From the human T2T-CHM13v2.0 reference genome, Homo sapiens, in NCBI RefSeq assembly GCF_009914755.1, contig NC_060937.1: a stretch of 64,000 nucleotides of DNA. One strand, 5' to 3'. The notes beneath the pieces were generated by a model that searched no databases, had not been told where the DNA came from, and saw only the letters and a list, made by a program, of their open reading frames with translations. Below, piece by piece: positions 33,891-47,780 of the stretch. Every line of letters begins with the position of its first letter. Within the stretch, counting starts at the first letter, position 1. A program made the position numbers and the translations under genes.

Positions 33891-33912
<22 letters not shown>
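33141..33912. repeat. Ancient two-copy tandem duplication, period about 386 bp
   Basis: 33141-33520 aligns with 33527-33912 (shared ccctacttaaataa, gtgagccttagaaatc, taatcagtacaggaat, gttttgtcatattag, gtcatttagtc). Confidence 0.9.
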
Positions 33913-33921
<9 letters not shown>

Positions 33922-34615
33922 TGGGTTATGTATATACACACACACATATTTTAATAAACAATTATATTTTATTTTATTTAAAATGGTTTTAGATTCAGAA
34001 ATAAGTTACAAAGATAGCAAAGACATACACCCAAAGCTTAGTTTCCCATACTTTCAGTATCTCATATTAATAAGGTATAATTGTCACTATTAATAAACCA
34101 ATATGGATAACATTTTATTAACCAAAGTCCATACTTTTTTTAGATTACCTCAATTTCTCCAAATATTACTTTTCTGTTCTAGGATCTCATCCAGAATACA
34201 CATTACCTTCACTTGTCATTCTCCTTTGGTTTTTTCTGACTATGACTATTTTCTCAGACTTTCCTTATTTTTGATGACCTGGAAAGTTTTGAGGAGTATT
34301 GATGAATATTTTGATGTTTCTCAGTTGGGATTTGTTTGGTGGTTTCCTGATGATTAGGTTGAGATTATGAGTTTGAGGGAAGAAAACCACTGAAATAAAG
34401 TGTCAATCTCATCACATTACATTAAGGATACATGCCATCAGTTTAATTTGTCACCTTTGAAGTTAAATTTGATCACCTATCTGAGATAGTATATTTGTTA
34501 GTTTTCTCAATTATCCAGATACTCTTTCCCTCTGCCCTTCCATGCTGTACATGTTGGAGCACAGTCCACTATTAAGGAATGGAAAGATATGTTGTGTCTC
34601 ATTGTGAAGGTAGAA

Positions 34616-34616
<1 letters not shown>

Positions 34617-34682
<66 letters not shown>
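34617..34682. repeat. Compound (CT)n(GT)n microsatellite
   Basis: Direct reading. Confidence 0.97.
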
Positions 34683-34685
<3 letters not shown>

Positions 34686-36096
34686 GGTCTCCCTCTCATA
34701 CATTGTGTTGGGTTTAGCCATTGGAAGCTGTTTCTGTTGGCTCCTCTGTTTCTTTGAAATAGCCCAGTAATTACATTCTTTATTTTTGAGTACTTCCCTA
34801 CTTTCTGATACTACAAGGTACTCTAAGCTCATCTTGTATATTCCTGCTAAAGCCCTAGATTGAACCACTTCTTTAAGGAGCTCAGCTTCCTTTTCTTGGC
34901 AAATGTTATTAGAAACCAGCATCTGGGCTCTGGATGTGTTAATTGCTACTGAGGTGTTATTGATTCTAGGACTTTCCAAATGACAGCAAGGAAGTTTATA
35001 AAACCCATGTATATACATATACTCATAAAAATTTCTGTGGATATCATCTGTATCTACATTACAGTAATAGTTTCTATGGATGTATTGATCCAGTATCACA
35101 TGGTTTATTCCAGCTTTTCTCCCTTTCTTGTCTGTAATCTCCTATTCCAGAAGTGAGAAACTTGCTCCTACTATCCATCATGCATTTATGTCAATTCTGT
35201 TATATATGTATGTTTCAGGATTGTTAACCTAAATCATCACTGGGACTTTACCAAAACTTATATATGGTTCTTTTTGCTTTTAGTCTTTGAATCTTTGCTT
35301 ATTTCCAAAGATAGTTTGGTCAGAACCTTCTCCCCCAACCTCCTTAAAAGAGGTTATTTCATGGATTTCTTACAGTGTTAGATTCTCTACTATTGTCTGT
35401 ATTCCATCCTTGGACCTTCCAACCTCTTAAATGATTTTTTTTTATTTCACTTTATGAACACTTCCTCTTTGTCCTGTGAAATTCTGTGAGTTTTGACCAT
35501 TACAGTTTCATACACATGAATTTACTACCCTAAAAAATACATTGTACTTCATCTACTCAACTGGCCTATACAAAAACCTCTGGCAAACACTTGTTTATTA
35601 TATCGATTGTTTTTGTTTCTGCATAATGTCAAAATTGTGTGAGGTTTCAATGTGTGGTTTAATAGCTGATTCTTTTAGATCATTAAATAATATTCTATTG
35701 TTTTTTAGCCAAATACCTATCAAAGAATGTGTTGGTTGCTTCCAGGTTTGGAGCTTATGAATAAATTTGATATAAACTTTAGAATGCAGATTTTTGTGTC
35801 AACATAAATTTTCTGATTGGGTAAATTTCTAGAAATGCAATTGCTGAATTATGTTAATTGAGATAATTTTTAGCTTTGCAAGAAATTGCCAAACTATTTT
35901 CTGAAGTGGCTGTGTCATTTTGCATCCTTGCTAGCAATGAACGAGCATTCTAGTTCTTCTGTATTCCTGTTAGAAATTGATAATAATTTTAGTTTCTTGG
36001 ATTTTAGCCATTGTAATAGATCTATAGTAATATATTATTTTTGTTTTAATTTGCATTTTCTTAATGACAAGTTTTGTTAAAAATCTTTTTATATGC

Positions 36097-36392
36097 AGCT
36101 GGGCGCGGTGGCTCACACCTGTAATCCCAGCACTTTGGGAGGCCAAGGAGGTCGGATCTTGAGATCAGGAGATCGAGACCATCATGGCTAATACGGTGAA
36201 ACCCGGTCTCTACTAAAAATACAAAAAAATTAGCTGGGCGTGGTGACAGGCGCCCGTCGTCCCAGCTACTCGGAGGCTGAGGCGGGAGAATGGGGTGAAA
36301 CCAGGAGGTGGAGCTTGCAGTGAGCAGAGATCAGGCCACTGACTCCAGCCTGGGCAACAGAGTGAGACTCCATCTCAAAAAAAAAAAAAAAA
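36097..36392 (+). mobile_element. Alu (AluY-like, moderately diverged)
   Basis: gagatcgagaccatc, gagaatggggtgaa and gagcttgcagtgag diagnostics; A tail. Confidence 0.93.
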
Positions 36393-36617
36393 TTCTGTTT
36401 ATGTGCTTATTTACCAATTGTATATCTTCTTTAGTGAGATGTCTTTTAATCTTTTGCCCTTTATCATTGTTTTTGTTTTGTTTTGTTTTTTGAGTTTTGA
36501 CTTTTAAGAGTTCTTTGTAAATTTGGATAAAAGTCTTTAACTGTTATGTAATTTGCAAATATTTTCTCCCAGTCTGTGATTTCATGAATGATTTTCTTAA
36601 CAGTGTCTTTTGCACAG

Positions 36618-36941
<324 letters not shown>

Positions 36942-38636
36942 TCATTTCTTAAAAAAAAAATATCATGGGTATGCTTTTGGGTTATATCTGAGCACTCATT
37001 TTCAAACTCAGTCCTGTAGATTTTGTTTACATTTATGACTTATTCAAGTTAATGTATTTATAAGTTGTAAGGTGTTTATCTAGTTTCTTCCCTTAAAATA
37101 TGGACACCCAATCATTCAAGAACTATGTGTTGAAAGACTATAATTTAACCATTAAATTGCCCTGCACTTTATAAAAAACACTCAGTTGACTGTGCTTGTT
37201 TAATTCTATTTCTGCATACCCCATTCTGTTTCATTGATCCATGTTCCTATTCCTTTGCCAATATCACATTGTCCTCCTTACTGTAGCCGTTTGGTAATTC
37301 TGAAAATCAGGTGGTATGATTAATCTAAATTAGTTCATCTTCAGTGTTTTTTATGGTTGTTAGAGATCTTTGGCTTTTTATACATATTTTAGAATCAGTT
37401 TTTCAGTATCTATAAAACAAATTGTTGGAATTGTCATTGACAATGCCTTCAACCTGTATTTTAAGTTGAGAAGAACTGACATCTTAATATTGAGTCTTTC
37501 CATCTATAAACATAAATATCTCTCTGAGTTTTTTCATCAGTATTTTATAGCTTTCCAAATTCAGGTTCTGTACATATTTATTAGATTTTAATTTAAGCAT
37601 TTTGGTTTTCATTGCTATTGTAAATAGATTTTTAAACTTCAAATTTCAATTTATCGTAGAATAGCAATTCACTTTTATATATTCACATTGTATCTTTGTG
37701 TCATGCAGTTTCATCATGCTTGCTTATTAGTCCCAGCATTTTGTTTCTCCACATAGACAATTTTGTCATCTGTGAATAAAGAGTTTCATTTCTTGGTCTC
37801 CTCTCCACTGTGTATATTTTTTATTTTTATATGATCAACTACACTAATAAGGACTTTCAGTAAAGTATTTGATAGAAGTTGTGGGAGAGGCCATCCTTCC
37901 TTTCTGCTCTTAGGGGAGTAAGTCTTCAGTCTATATTCATTAATTATGATATTAGCTGGAAGTTTGTCCTATATGTCTTTTGGTAGATTAAGGAAATTCC
38001 CTCTTCATAGTTTTTCGAATGTGTTGAATTTTTTGAATGTCTTTTCTCTGTCTAATAATATGGTCATCCATTTTTTCTTCTTATCCAGTCTGTTAATATG
38101 ATAAATTGCATTTCTTGACTAAAATGTTGAACCAGCCTTGCATTCATTAGTTAAACCCCACTTAGTATGGTGTATTATCCTTTTACATATTTTTGGATTC
38201 AGATTGCTGGCATTTTTTAACCCTTGTTTTATGTCTGTGATCATGAGAAGTATTGATCTATAGTTTCTTTTCTTATAATACATTTGTCTGTTTTTGCTGT
38301 TAATACAATGCTGGTCTCATAAAATGAGTTGGGAAGTAATCTCCGTTGCTCCTTTTTTTGAAAGAAGATGGTGTAGAATAACCATTTCATCCTTAAATAT
38401 TTTGTAAAGTTAACCAAAGTATCCTTCTTGTCTTAGCACTTGTCTCAGCACTCAGATATGTATTAACTTAATTTATTTGCCCGATATAAGGCTATTCAAA
38501 TTCTTTCTTTCTTTCTTCTTGAGTGAGTTTTGGTATTTTGTGTCTTTCAATAAATTGTTCCCTTACTCCTAATTTTTCAAATTTGTGGGCATAGAGTTGT
38601 TCATATTTTATCCTTATTTTCTTTCTAATGTCTAGG

Positions 38637-39098
38637 TGTTGTCGGTGAAATTGTATCCCTGATAAAGGTAAGTCCAAATCCTAAATTCTCGTACTTCTGA
38701 ATGTGACTTTATTTGGAAATAGGGTCTTTGCAAATGTGATCAAGTCAAGATGAAGTCATACTGGAATAGGCTAATCCCTCAATTACAAATGACTAGCATC
38801 CTTGCAAAAAAAAAAGAAGAGACACAGAGACAGAAATCCACGGGAACACACCATGTGATGCTGGAGATACAGATATTACAGTGATATATTTACAAGCCAA
38901 GGAACACCAAAGATTTACAGTAATCCTAGAAGCTAAGGGAAATGCCTGAAAGAAATTCTCTACTAGAGCCATCAGAGAGTGTGCTGGCATCTAGTTTTTA
39001 GACTTCTAGCCTCAGAACTGTGAGAGAAATAAATTTCTGTTGTTTTAACCCAAAAAGTTTGTGGGACTTTATTACAGAAGCTGTAGGAAACTAGTAAA
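38637..39098 (+). mobile_element. MLT1 (MLT1C-like) MaLR LTR
   Basis: gaatgtgactttatttggaaatagggtctttgca...caagccaaggaacacc...agaactgtgagagaaataaatttctgttgtttt. Confidence 0.85.
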
Positions 39099-39738
39099 CC
39101 GCATAAAGGTATTTTATAAAGTGCTATGCAAATAATTTTAATATAAAATGAGATTCCCTTTTCATGTTTAAAATAAAACTAGAAAGTTAAGTTCATAAAA
39201 TGTATTTTAGCCACTTTTTATAATATTGTGTTTTGTTCTCTCTACTTTTCTTTTTTTCTCTTTTCTTAATGAGCCATTCATAACCTCTTGATATATGCAT
39301 TTCTGGCCATAATTATTTTACCACAAATTCACAGTGAAATAAAATACTATCTAGTAGTTAAAATGATTAACATATTTATAGATCTTCACAGACTTTAGAA
39401 TACTTTTAATAATGACTCTATCATAAAACCCTATGAGATAGCAGATTTTCAGAGGTAAAATAACACATCCTGCATCAGACCGTTGCTTGCAGAAGTGGTA
39501 TTCAAACTCAGATCTTGGCCTGATTCTAAGCCTAGTAGTTGTTGTATTTTGTAATTTAGATTCTCATTCACTTTTATTTCATTAACAGAACATGTCCTTG
39601 AACGTTTCTTTTAATATTAAAAAATGCATTCCAGTTAATAACATTAGTCACTTAATAATATATATTGTTTCTACCATTCAACACAAATAATTTCCATGTA
39701 GTGTGTGTAATGCCGACAGAATTGTTCGGGATTAGTAA

Positions 39739-40115
<377 letters not shown>

Positions 40116-40779
40116 TGAAAAGAGAACTGTTAATAAATTATACAATTATAGCTATTTTAGACAAAATATTGGGCCACATATTTCCTACCCTTGCTACATA
40201 TACACAGTAATACACTGAAATTAACATTATGATGTTTAAAATACATGTTCAGACATGAATGAAACACAGTAGAGTCCCTGGGCATCAGAGAAAAAGAGGT
40301 AACTTCAAACTGGTGCACAAAGTGGGAGCTAACAATTTGGGAGCTAATGAGAATAGCAGACAGTATATTGATCCTATGGGATGAGATTCAGGTTTTAATA
40401 CAGGAAAAACTTCTACTGAGCCTTTTGCATAAAGTCGAAACATCAATGAGATGGCTAGTCATGAAAGTGGGATTAGATCAACATCCTCTTTTGGCCTGTG
40501 ATATGGCAAGAAATTTGTGACTGAGAAAAGAAATAGTTGTTTAAAATCTTGTCTATTCTATAAGAAATTTTAAAATGCTCATGTCTTAATGAAATTCTAA
40601 ATTATGAAGACTGATCATGAAAGCTGATCCCACAATAGTGAAAACTCTGGAGTCTTGGAAAAGTCAAAAATTTATTGAATGCTCAATTATAGAGCACACA
40701 TTGGACTCCACAGGGAGGTAAACGCTTACAGATGGTGAGCTCTGTATCAAAAGTTATAAAACATACACTGAAACAAACC

Positions 40780-43690
40780 ACCACGAGAAAGATTTAGCAG
40801 GCGAAAGATTTAGCATGCGAAAGAATAGCACCTATGAGTAAGGAGATAACACAACAATTTGGAAGGTACACAAATGTATTTAAATGCATAAAAAGATAAA
40901 AGAATAGAAACCATGAAACAGCAAAAAGAGAATGAATAAAAAAATTTGGGTAAAAAATAATGAAAACTTCTTGTTATGAATATATGTTGTCATAAGATGC
41001 AATACACACTGAAAAAAGTAAAGGTTTATAAAGAACCGTTGAATTTATAAACTTTAGGAGATTTTTACAGAAATGAAAAAAAGAGCCAAAAGAATAACAC
41101 AGAATGCAACTGAGAATTTTATGTGATAAAATTTATTTTGTGAGATAAAATTAATGAAGATAGAGATAAAAGTAATGAAGCAGTTTAAGAAAGATGGGTA
41201 ACAGATTTAAAGGGTCTGATAAAATATCGCATGATAGAATAAGATAATATTTGCGATGATAATGACTGTAAATTTGCAGTTATTAAAGGAAGACCTGAGA
41301 ACCAAGGACAAAAAAAATTAAAAAAATCAATCAAGGTCAAGGAGCATATATGTATCATATATACATTTGGTCCATCTAGAACTAGAATATTAAGCGCACA
41401 TTGCATATGTTAAAAAATAAGGAAGTAATGTAATGGAAAAGCAGACTTACCATGTGTAATCCGATATTACAGGAGGAAATTAAATGAAATTCTTTGTTTA
41501 AAAAAACTCTGAATATTAACTTTAAAGGAGTGATACTAATATTTTCATCTTTTTGCTATGCAAAATTGAGTGTGGTAAAATGATGTGATTGGTAGAAATT
41601 GCTTTAAAATACCACAGCGAAAAATGTTGGGTGAAGAATCGACAAAAAAATACTGATAAAAATCTGATGGTTACTGAGCATGCGTTCAGTTTACTATTTT
41701 TTTACTTTGGTATGTGATTGCAGATTTTCATAAATATCTGTCAAAGTAAAATTCTATGAACTTTGATTATAAGTTTACAGAAATTGTTTGTTCCTGGATT
41801 ACCAAAAACAAGCTAAAACTAAAATAACAAAGAAATATTGAGGATGGAAAAAAATAGAATAATGTTTTTTTGTGCATTTATTATTTGGTAGAAAAGAGAT
41901 AACAACATTGCACTGTGACAAATCGATTAAAATTTCAAAGGGTTTGCTGTAAAATAATAGAAAGATGGATACATTTCAAAATTGTATAAGAAAATTAGGT
42001 AACTAACAGAATTTGGTAAATTTTATAGAAGAATTAATGAGGAGGAAAATAAAAGGAAAGCGTACCAAGTAGAAAACACAAAATAAAATGAGAGAAATAT
42101 TTTCCATTGTATTTATAACTAAAATAAACTGAAACATTAAAATTACATCTTCAAAGCAGAGATTATGATGGTGATAAAAAAGCTGTTATATAAATTTTAA
42201 GTGTATATATATATATAAAGCATGTAATTAAACAGAAAAAATAAAGTAAAAATATAGAATGTATATCAGGAAAACACTAACAAAGAATGTTGCTAATTAT
42301 AAGATGTACAAATAAAATTATTTTTTCCTTAATGATTAAATGTAGGAAAATTATACATTTAGGGAAAAAAAAATCCAAATCTTTTTGTACGTGAAAACAT
42401 CTACACTGGCCGGGCGGGGGGCTGATCTCCCCACCTCCCTCCCGGACGGGGCGGCTGGCCTGGCGGGGGCTGACCCCCACCTCCCTCCCGGACGGGGTGG
42501 CTGCCGGGCGGAGACGCTCCTCACTTCCCAGATGGGGTGGCTGCCGGGTGGAGGGGCTCCTCACTTCTCAGACGGGGCGGTTGCCAGACGGAGGGTTTCC
42601 TCGCTTCTCAGACAGGGCAGCCGCCCCATCCGGGAGTTGAGGGGCGCCTCTGCCCGGCCGCCCCTACTGGGAAGTGAGGAGCCCCTCTGCCCAGCCGGCC
42701 GCCCCTACTGGGAAGTGAGGAGCCCCTCTGCCCGGCCAGCTGCCCCATCTGGGAGGGAGGTGGAGGGGTCAGCCCCCTGCCCGGCCAGCCGCCCTGTCCG
42801 GGAGGTGAGGGGTGCCTCTGCCCGGCCGCCCCTACTGGGAAGTGAGGAGCCCCTCTGCCCGGCCACCACCCCGTCTGGGAGGTGTACCCAACAGCTCATT
42901 GAGAACAGGCCATGATGACAATGGCGGTTTTGTGGAATAGAAAAGGGGGAAAGGTGGGGAAAAGACTGAGAAATCGGATGGTTGCTGTGTCTGTGTAGAA
43001 AGAAGTAGACATGGGAGACTTTTCATTTTGTTCTGTACTAAGAAAAATTCTTCTGCCTTGGGATTCTGTTGATCTATGACCTTACCCCCAACCCTGTGCT
43101 CTCTGAAATATGTGCTGTGTCCACTCAGGGTTAAATGGATTAAGGGCGGTGCAAGATGTGCTTTGTTAAACAGATGCTTGAAGGCAGCATGCTCCTTAAG
43201 AGTCATCACCACTCCCTAATCTCAAGTACCCAGGGACACAAACACTCTGCCTAGGAAAACCAGAGACCTTTGTTCACTTGTTTATCTGCTGACCTTCCCT
43301 CCACTATTGTCCTATGACCCTGCCAAATACCCCCTGCGAGAAACACCCAAGAATGATCAATAAAAAAAAAAAAAAGAAAACATCTACACTGAAAAAAATG
43401 CCAAAAAAAGTATAAAAGTGCAGTATTCTAAATTTACTCTCTCAAAGTCTCTAGATCAAACAGTAATTAAGGTACGGAGATTTAACACAATAAACACTTA
43501 ATGTAATAGGCATCCATAGAATTCTGCAAAAAAATTAGAGAACACATTTTTTAAACCACACTTGAGACATAAAAACAGTCAAACAAAAATCATTGACCAT
43601 GTGTTAAACCACAAAAGGAATATCAAGAAGTACAAAGTATCAATAAATTAGAATCTAAGTTTTCTGAGCACAATGCAATAAAATCCACAA
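40780..43690 (+). mobile_element. Very old L1M remnant(s) hosting the SVA
   Basis: A-rich degenerate L1-like sequence, e.g. attgaccatgtgttaaaccacaaa and ttctgagcacaatgcaataaaat (EN region). Confidence 0.5.
42409..43375 (+). mobile_element. SVA (SVA_D-like), 5'-truncated with 5' inversion
   Basis: Antisense VNTR 42409-~42617, sense VNTR and SINE-R to AATAAA/poly(A); perfect 16-bp TSD GAAAACATCTACACTG at 42393-42408 and 43376-43391. Confidence 0.96.
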
Positions 43691-43859
43691 CAATTACACT
43701 ATCCAAGGCTCCTCAGATGACACGATGAGAGGCAGTGACAAGTAAAAAACCCCAATACCTCTTTAAATTGCAGATTCATGAACAAAAATTATTGCTTTAA
43801 ACCACTAAATTCTGGAGTGGTTTATTATGTTCCATAAATAATCACTAATCAAAACATTA

Positions 43860-44090
43860 TAATAATGGTTAACATTTTGAGTATCATGTGCAAGACATTG
43901 TTCTATGCACTTAAAATTAGAATTCATATTAATTTATTTAACTCTCTGAGTTAGGCTCCATTCAAAACTCAGTTTTGAAAATGAGGAAATTGAGGTGCAG
44001 ACGGGTTCTGTCACCTGCTCCAGGTCTGAGCTTCCAAGTAGTGGCGCCAGGCAAATGAGCTCCAGAGCCCTTAGTCTCAACCACTACATA
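43860..44090 (-). mobile_element. MIR SINE
   Basis: atgaggaaattgaggtgcaga...ctccagagccc...aaccactac. Confidence 0.7.
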
Positions 44091-46496
44091 TCAGAATTAA
44101 AGTGTTTTGAATAACATTGAGTTGAAAATGGATTTACCAGGTTCTGACAAAAAGCAGCCTTACATTAAGAATCAGGAATTCCAGTTATGGCTATGTCTTT
44201 GCCACTAATTTTCTAGGATATTTTGGAGAGTCATTTAACTTCTTGGTGGTTTATTTTTCTACTCTGTAATATGAAACTATCACAAAATAATCGTTCTTTT
44301 TTATTTTTATGAAGCATTAAACCACTAAAAATATGTCAGATATTATGTTTAACTTTTACAGGAAAAGTCTATCAGACTGATGGACATTTATAAGAAAATG
44401 GCTCAAGAAGTACTGATCAAATAATACAAGCTTTAATGCATCACTGCTTTTGTAGAGTCTGTCTCTTGCTATAGTCAAATAGGGCACATTGAAAATCACT
44501 GTGTTCCCCATTCTTACAATTGCTTCAATAATTTATAAAGATGGCATGTAAAGTGACAGGAAATTGATACTCAGAGAAATATGTTTCCCCAAACCACTGT
44601 CAAATGAGCTGGCCTCTGGATGTGTCCTGAATGGCGTGACAGTTGAAACAGTCCCTAAAGAAATCAGAGAGCTTTAACAATTTGACAAAATGACTCTGCA
44701 GAGCCTGCAACCTTTACAAATTACCCTTTGTTTGAATACTGAAATGAATAATATCATTTCCAAAGAGCATATGGGGATAATGTAGTATATCTTCTACTCC
44801 CTCTAGATCAAAGTGTATCTATTGTTGTGGAGTAAATTCTCATTTACTCAGTTCTTGGAGAAATGCTCTCATAAAAAACAAAAGTGCTACTCAGCAAATT
44901 TTGTTTCACAAAATATTAGCCTTGCTACAACTTTTTAAAAACTCATTATGATTAAACTCATGCAGAAATTGTTCCAAGAAACATATACAGAAAATTTTCC
45001 AACAAGACATTTAACTATTGATGAACAGCATATTTAGTTATAGAAATATCTATACAATAAAACTGCTTTTAATTTTCCATTTTTTTCAGTTGTTAATTGT
45101 CTTCCTTTCTTTTCTCATTTCCTCTGTTCCCCTTTTTTTCTTTATAACTATAATATCTAAATGTTAAAAAATAGTACATGATATGGAAGTACAGACATAA
45201 GCCACCAGTCTTCATGGTACACAATAGGGAAAATATGACTACATAAAAGTGGATATATTTACTTATAGTCCCATAGCAATGATTTTGTTGGAATAGTTTC
45301 TTAATATTCTCATTCTTTGATTTCTTCATTTGTAAATATACTATTACGATATCTACATTACTATCTCATAGGATAGGTATGATAACCAAGCAAGTTGCTG
45401 AATGTGGAAACTTCTAATAGGTTCTAAAATGCTATTCAAATATAGTGCCAGATTTTTAAAAAAATAGTGCTCTAAATCTTAGCCGAAAAGGAAAATAAAT
45501 ACTATCTATTTTGACAGCCATTGCTGCTCTTAATGCTATGTATGCTCCCCATGAATTTGAAATAAAAACTTATTATACTTTTTTGTTGTATATCTAGATG
45601 CAGAGTCATTGAGAAATAGTAATTTGTTAAATAACTCTTCCTCTGATGAGGGATGCCATAGTAATCAGTTGTTGGATCAGTAGGGTCTTTTAAGAGGGAT
45701 ATTTATTTTAATAATTGATAATTATCAAGAGTCAATAATTATTGCATGAAGAAATTACTCTTATGTATGAACAATCAAATTATGTTCAATTTTGTCATGG
45801 GAGAGTCTAATAGATTAAAACTAATTATCTCTAATCAAATGACTGAAAGTTTTCTAATAATCATCATGTAAATTTTGAATCTAAATATATCTGGATACCA
45901 AGTAACTCTAGTGATGATTTTAAATTTTTAGCTTTATAAACTTTACTTTAAATAGATTATTCTTACAATAGTAAATACTTTTCATTCTCTTACAACTTTG
46001 TGGTGCATTCTTTCACAGGTAAAGTGAATAAGATACTACAGGGTTAGTAGAGACAAGGGAGACTTTGTATGAAATGTTTACTCTTAATTTCTACAATCCA
46101 AAAGTTAGAAAAAATAAAAGGAGCAGTAAACAGACTTTAGGACCAGCGCTATTCAGATTTTGTGCCAGAAGTTTTTTCCGAATTTCTGGAAGCCTATACT
46201 TGAACTGCTCCTCAGACCAGAGCTTTCCTCCTGGTCAGCTACTGCCTCAAAGAGTACAATACCTCTGTTTTTAGCACCTTCGTTGGTTCTTGACCCTTTG
46301 TCTTTACTTCCGTGCACATTTTGCAGGGAAAAAACATTCTGGTGATATTCAGGACACTCCAGTAACACAATCACAACCTTACTCTGATAAACTCTGATGC
46401 ATGTATTTGTTTTATGATTTTTATTACCAAACCAAATTTTTCTGCCTCCAGTTAACTAACTTTGCTTCCCCAACATAAGTGGGCTCACATGCCTGT

Positions 46497-46501
46497 GCGC
46501 G

Positions 46502-46541
<40 letters not shown>
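46497..46541. repeat. (GC)/(CA)n alternating purine-pyrimidine microsatellite
   Basis: gcgcgcacgcgcgc followed by (AC)n. Confidence 0.95.
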
Positions 46542-46544
<3 letters not shown>

Positions 46545-46671
46545 CATGTACTTATTGAGACATCTGCATCTTAAATTATTTCCTTTTTATATGGTTTACA
46601 TAATTCATCTTTCAAGCTGTATTTATTACAGCACAACATAATCTCTCAACATACTGCAGAATATACACATA

Positions 46672-47254
46672 TGTTGTGGTTCAATCAGACTGGTGGAAAA
46701 ATATTAAAGATAGTTATAGTAATAGCCAAAAACTCTCTTGGAAGGCCTCAGAGTTTGCATAGCTTCAGATTGCTTGACTGAAGACAGCCGGGGTCTCTTT
46801 GCAGGAGCCGGAAAGATTAGGGTCCAAGTACAAAGGAATATGGGAAATTTATCTTACCAACCTGTTTACTGATATGGGCTTAAGACTGACCTTTGTCCTA
46901 CCGCGGGTACTTTACTGCCTCCTACTCAGGGGTCGGCAGAAGTTTATTACCCGCGAATAGTGTTTGCTTTAGGCCTCAGAACCTGGCCTTTAGTCTTTAC
47001 CCTCTAGTGGTGTTTACTCACAATTTTGTTAACTAGTCTTACTGAATAAATCTGAGTCTCACTAGCTGATCAGGGCCAGGTCATAACTGTTTACAGGACT
47101 CAACAGGGAGCCTGTAAATGGCTGGGACCCTCAGCTGGACTGGCAGAGCAGAGTATCTGTGTGTCAGTGTACTTTATTCATCCATCGCCAAATCAAGGGT
47201 CTACAGGAGCAGACCCCCCACAGCTAGTGCCCCTGTGAAAGGAGCACTGCCTCA
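46672..47254 (+). mobile_element. LTR22 solo LTR (HERV-K22/HML-5)
   Basis: tgttgtggttcaatcagactggtggaaaaatattaaagatagttatag start, AATAAA near 47045, TG...CA ends, 6-bp TSD CACATA at 46666-46671 and 47255-47260. Confidence 0.82.
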
Positions 47255-47329
47255 CACATATATCCTAACACACTCTGCGACCTTACCATGGTTTGCTTCT
47301 CTTCTCATCTACTTGGCTTAATATATCTA

Positions 47330-47515
47330 TAGGTGCACTGTTAAATGTTTGACAACCAACTTTTTAAAATGACCCTGATTTATAATATTTTCAGATTTCT
47401 GTCATCTAAATATCCCCACCATGGATTCTTTCAAACTGTCAACATGATGCCATTCACTTAGAAAATTCTTGGAAATTTAATAACGTACTCTCAATTACCA
47501 GTATAAGCTGGCTTT
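47330..47515. mobile_element. Second MER63-like remnant
   Basis: taaatgtttgacaacc...taaatatccccaccatgg...ttcaaactgtcaac, similar to 20691-20888. Confidence 0.55.
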
Positions 47516-47574
47516 CTCATTTTACTAAAAAGTAAAATATTTAGAATGTTTTATAAATAAAATACTGGGAGTGA

Positions 47575-47780
47575 GTTAGCTCAAACCATGCTCAGAATCC
47601 TGCCTCCAACACTGGTAAGAATTTGGGAAAGATTCTTAGCCACTTTATACCTCAGAAACCTCATTTATATAATGTGGGTCATAACAAACTTTCTTCAGGG
47701 TGCTGTGAAGATAAATTAGATAATCCATGTAAAATCTTCACCACAGTGCTATGGATATCAAAGAAATCAAGAAATAGCTT
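47575..47780 (+). mobile_element. MIR SINE
   Basis: aatcctgcctcc...cctcag...cctcattt...gtgaagataaattagataatccatgtaaa. Confidence 0.65.

Noticed and set aside
34511-35099. 166-aa ORF with HT/ER repeats
   Set aside because: Old L1 3'UTR plus a compound microsatellite; no protein-like features.
40787-40830. 16-bp unit gaaagatttagca(g/t)gc in about 2.7 copies
   Set aside because: Ordinary micro-duplication in old repeat sequence.
42385-43212. 176-aa and 126-aa ORFs
   Set aside because: These are translations of GC-rich SVA VNTR and SINE-R sequence.
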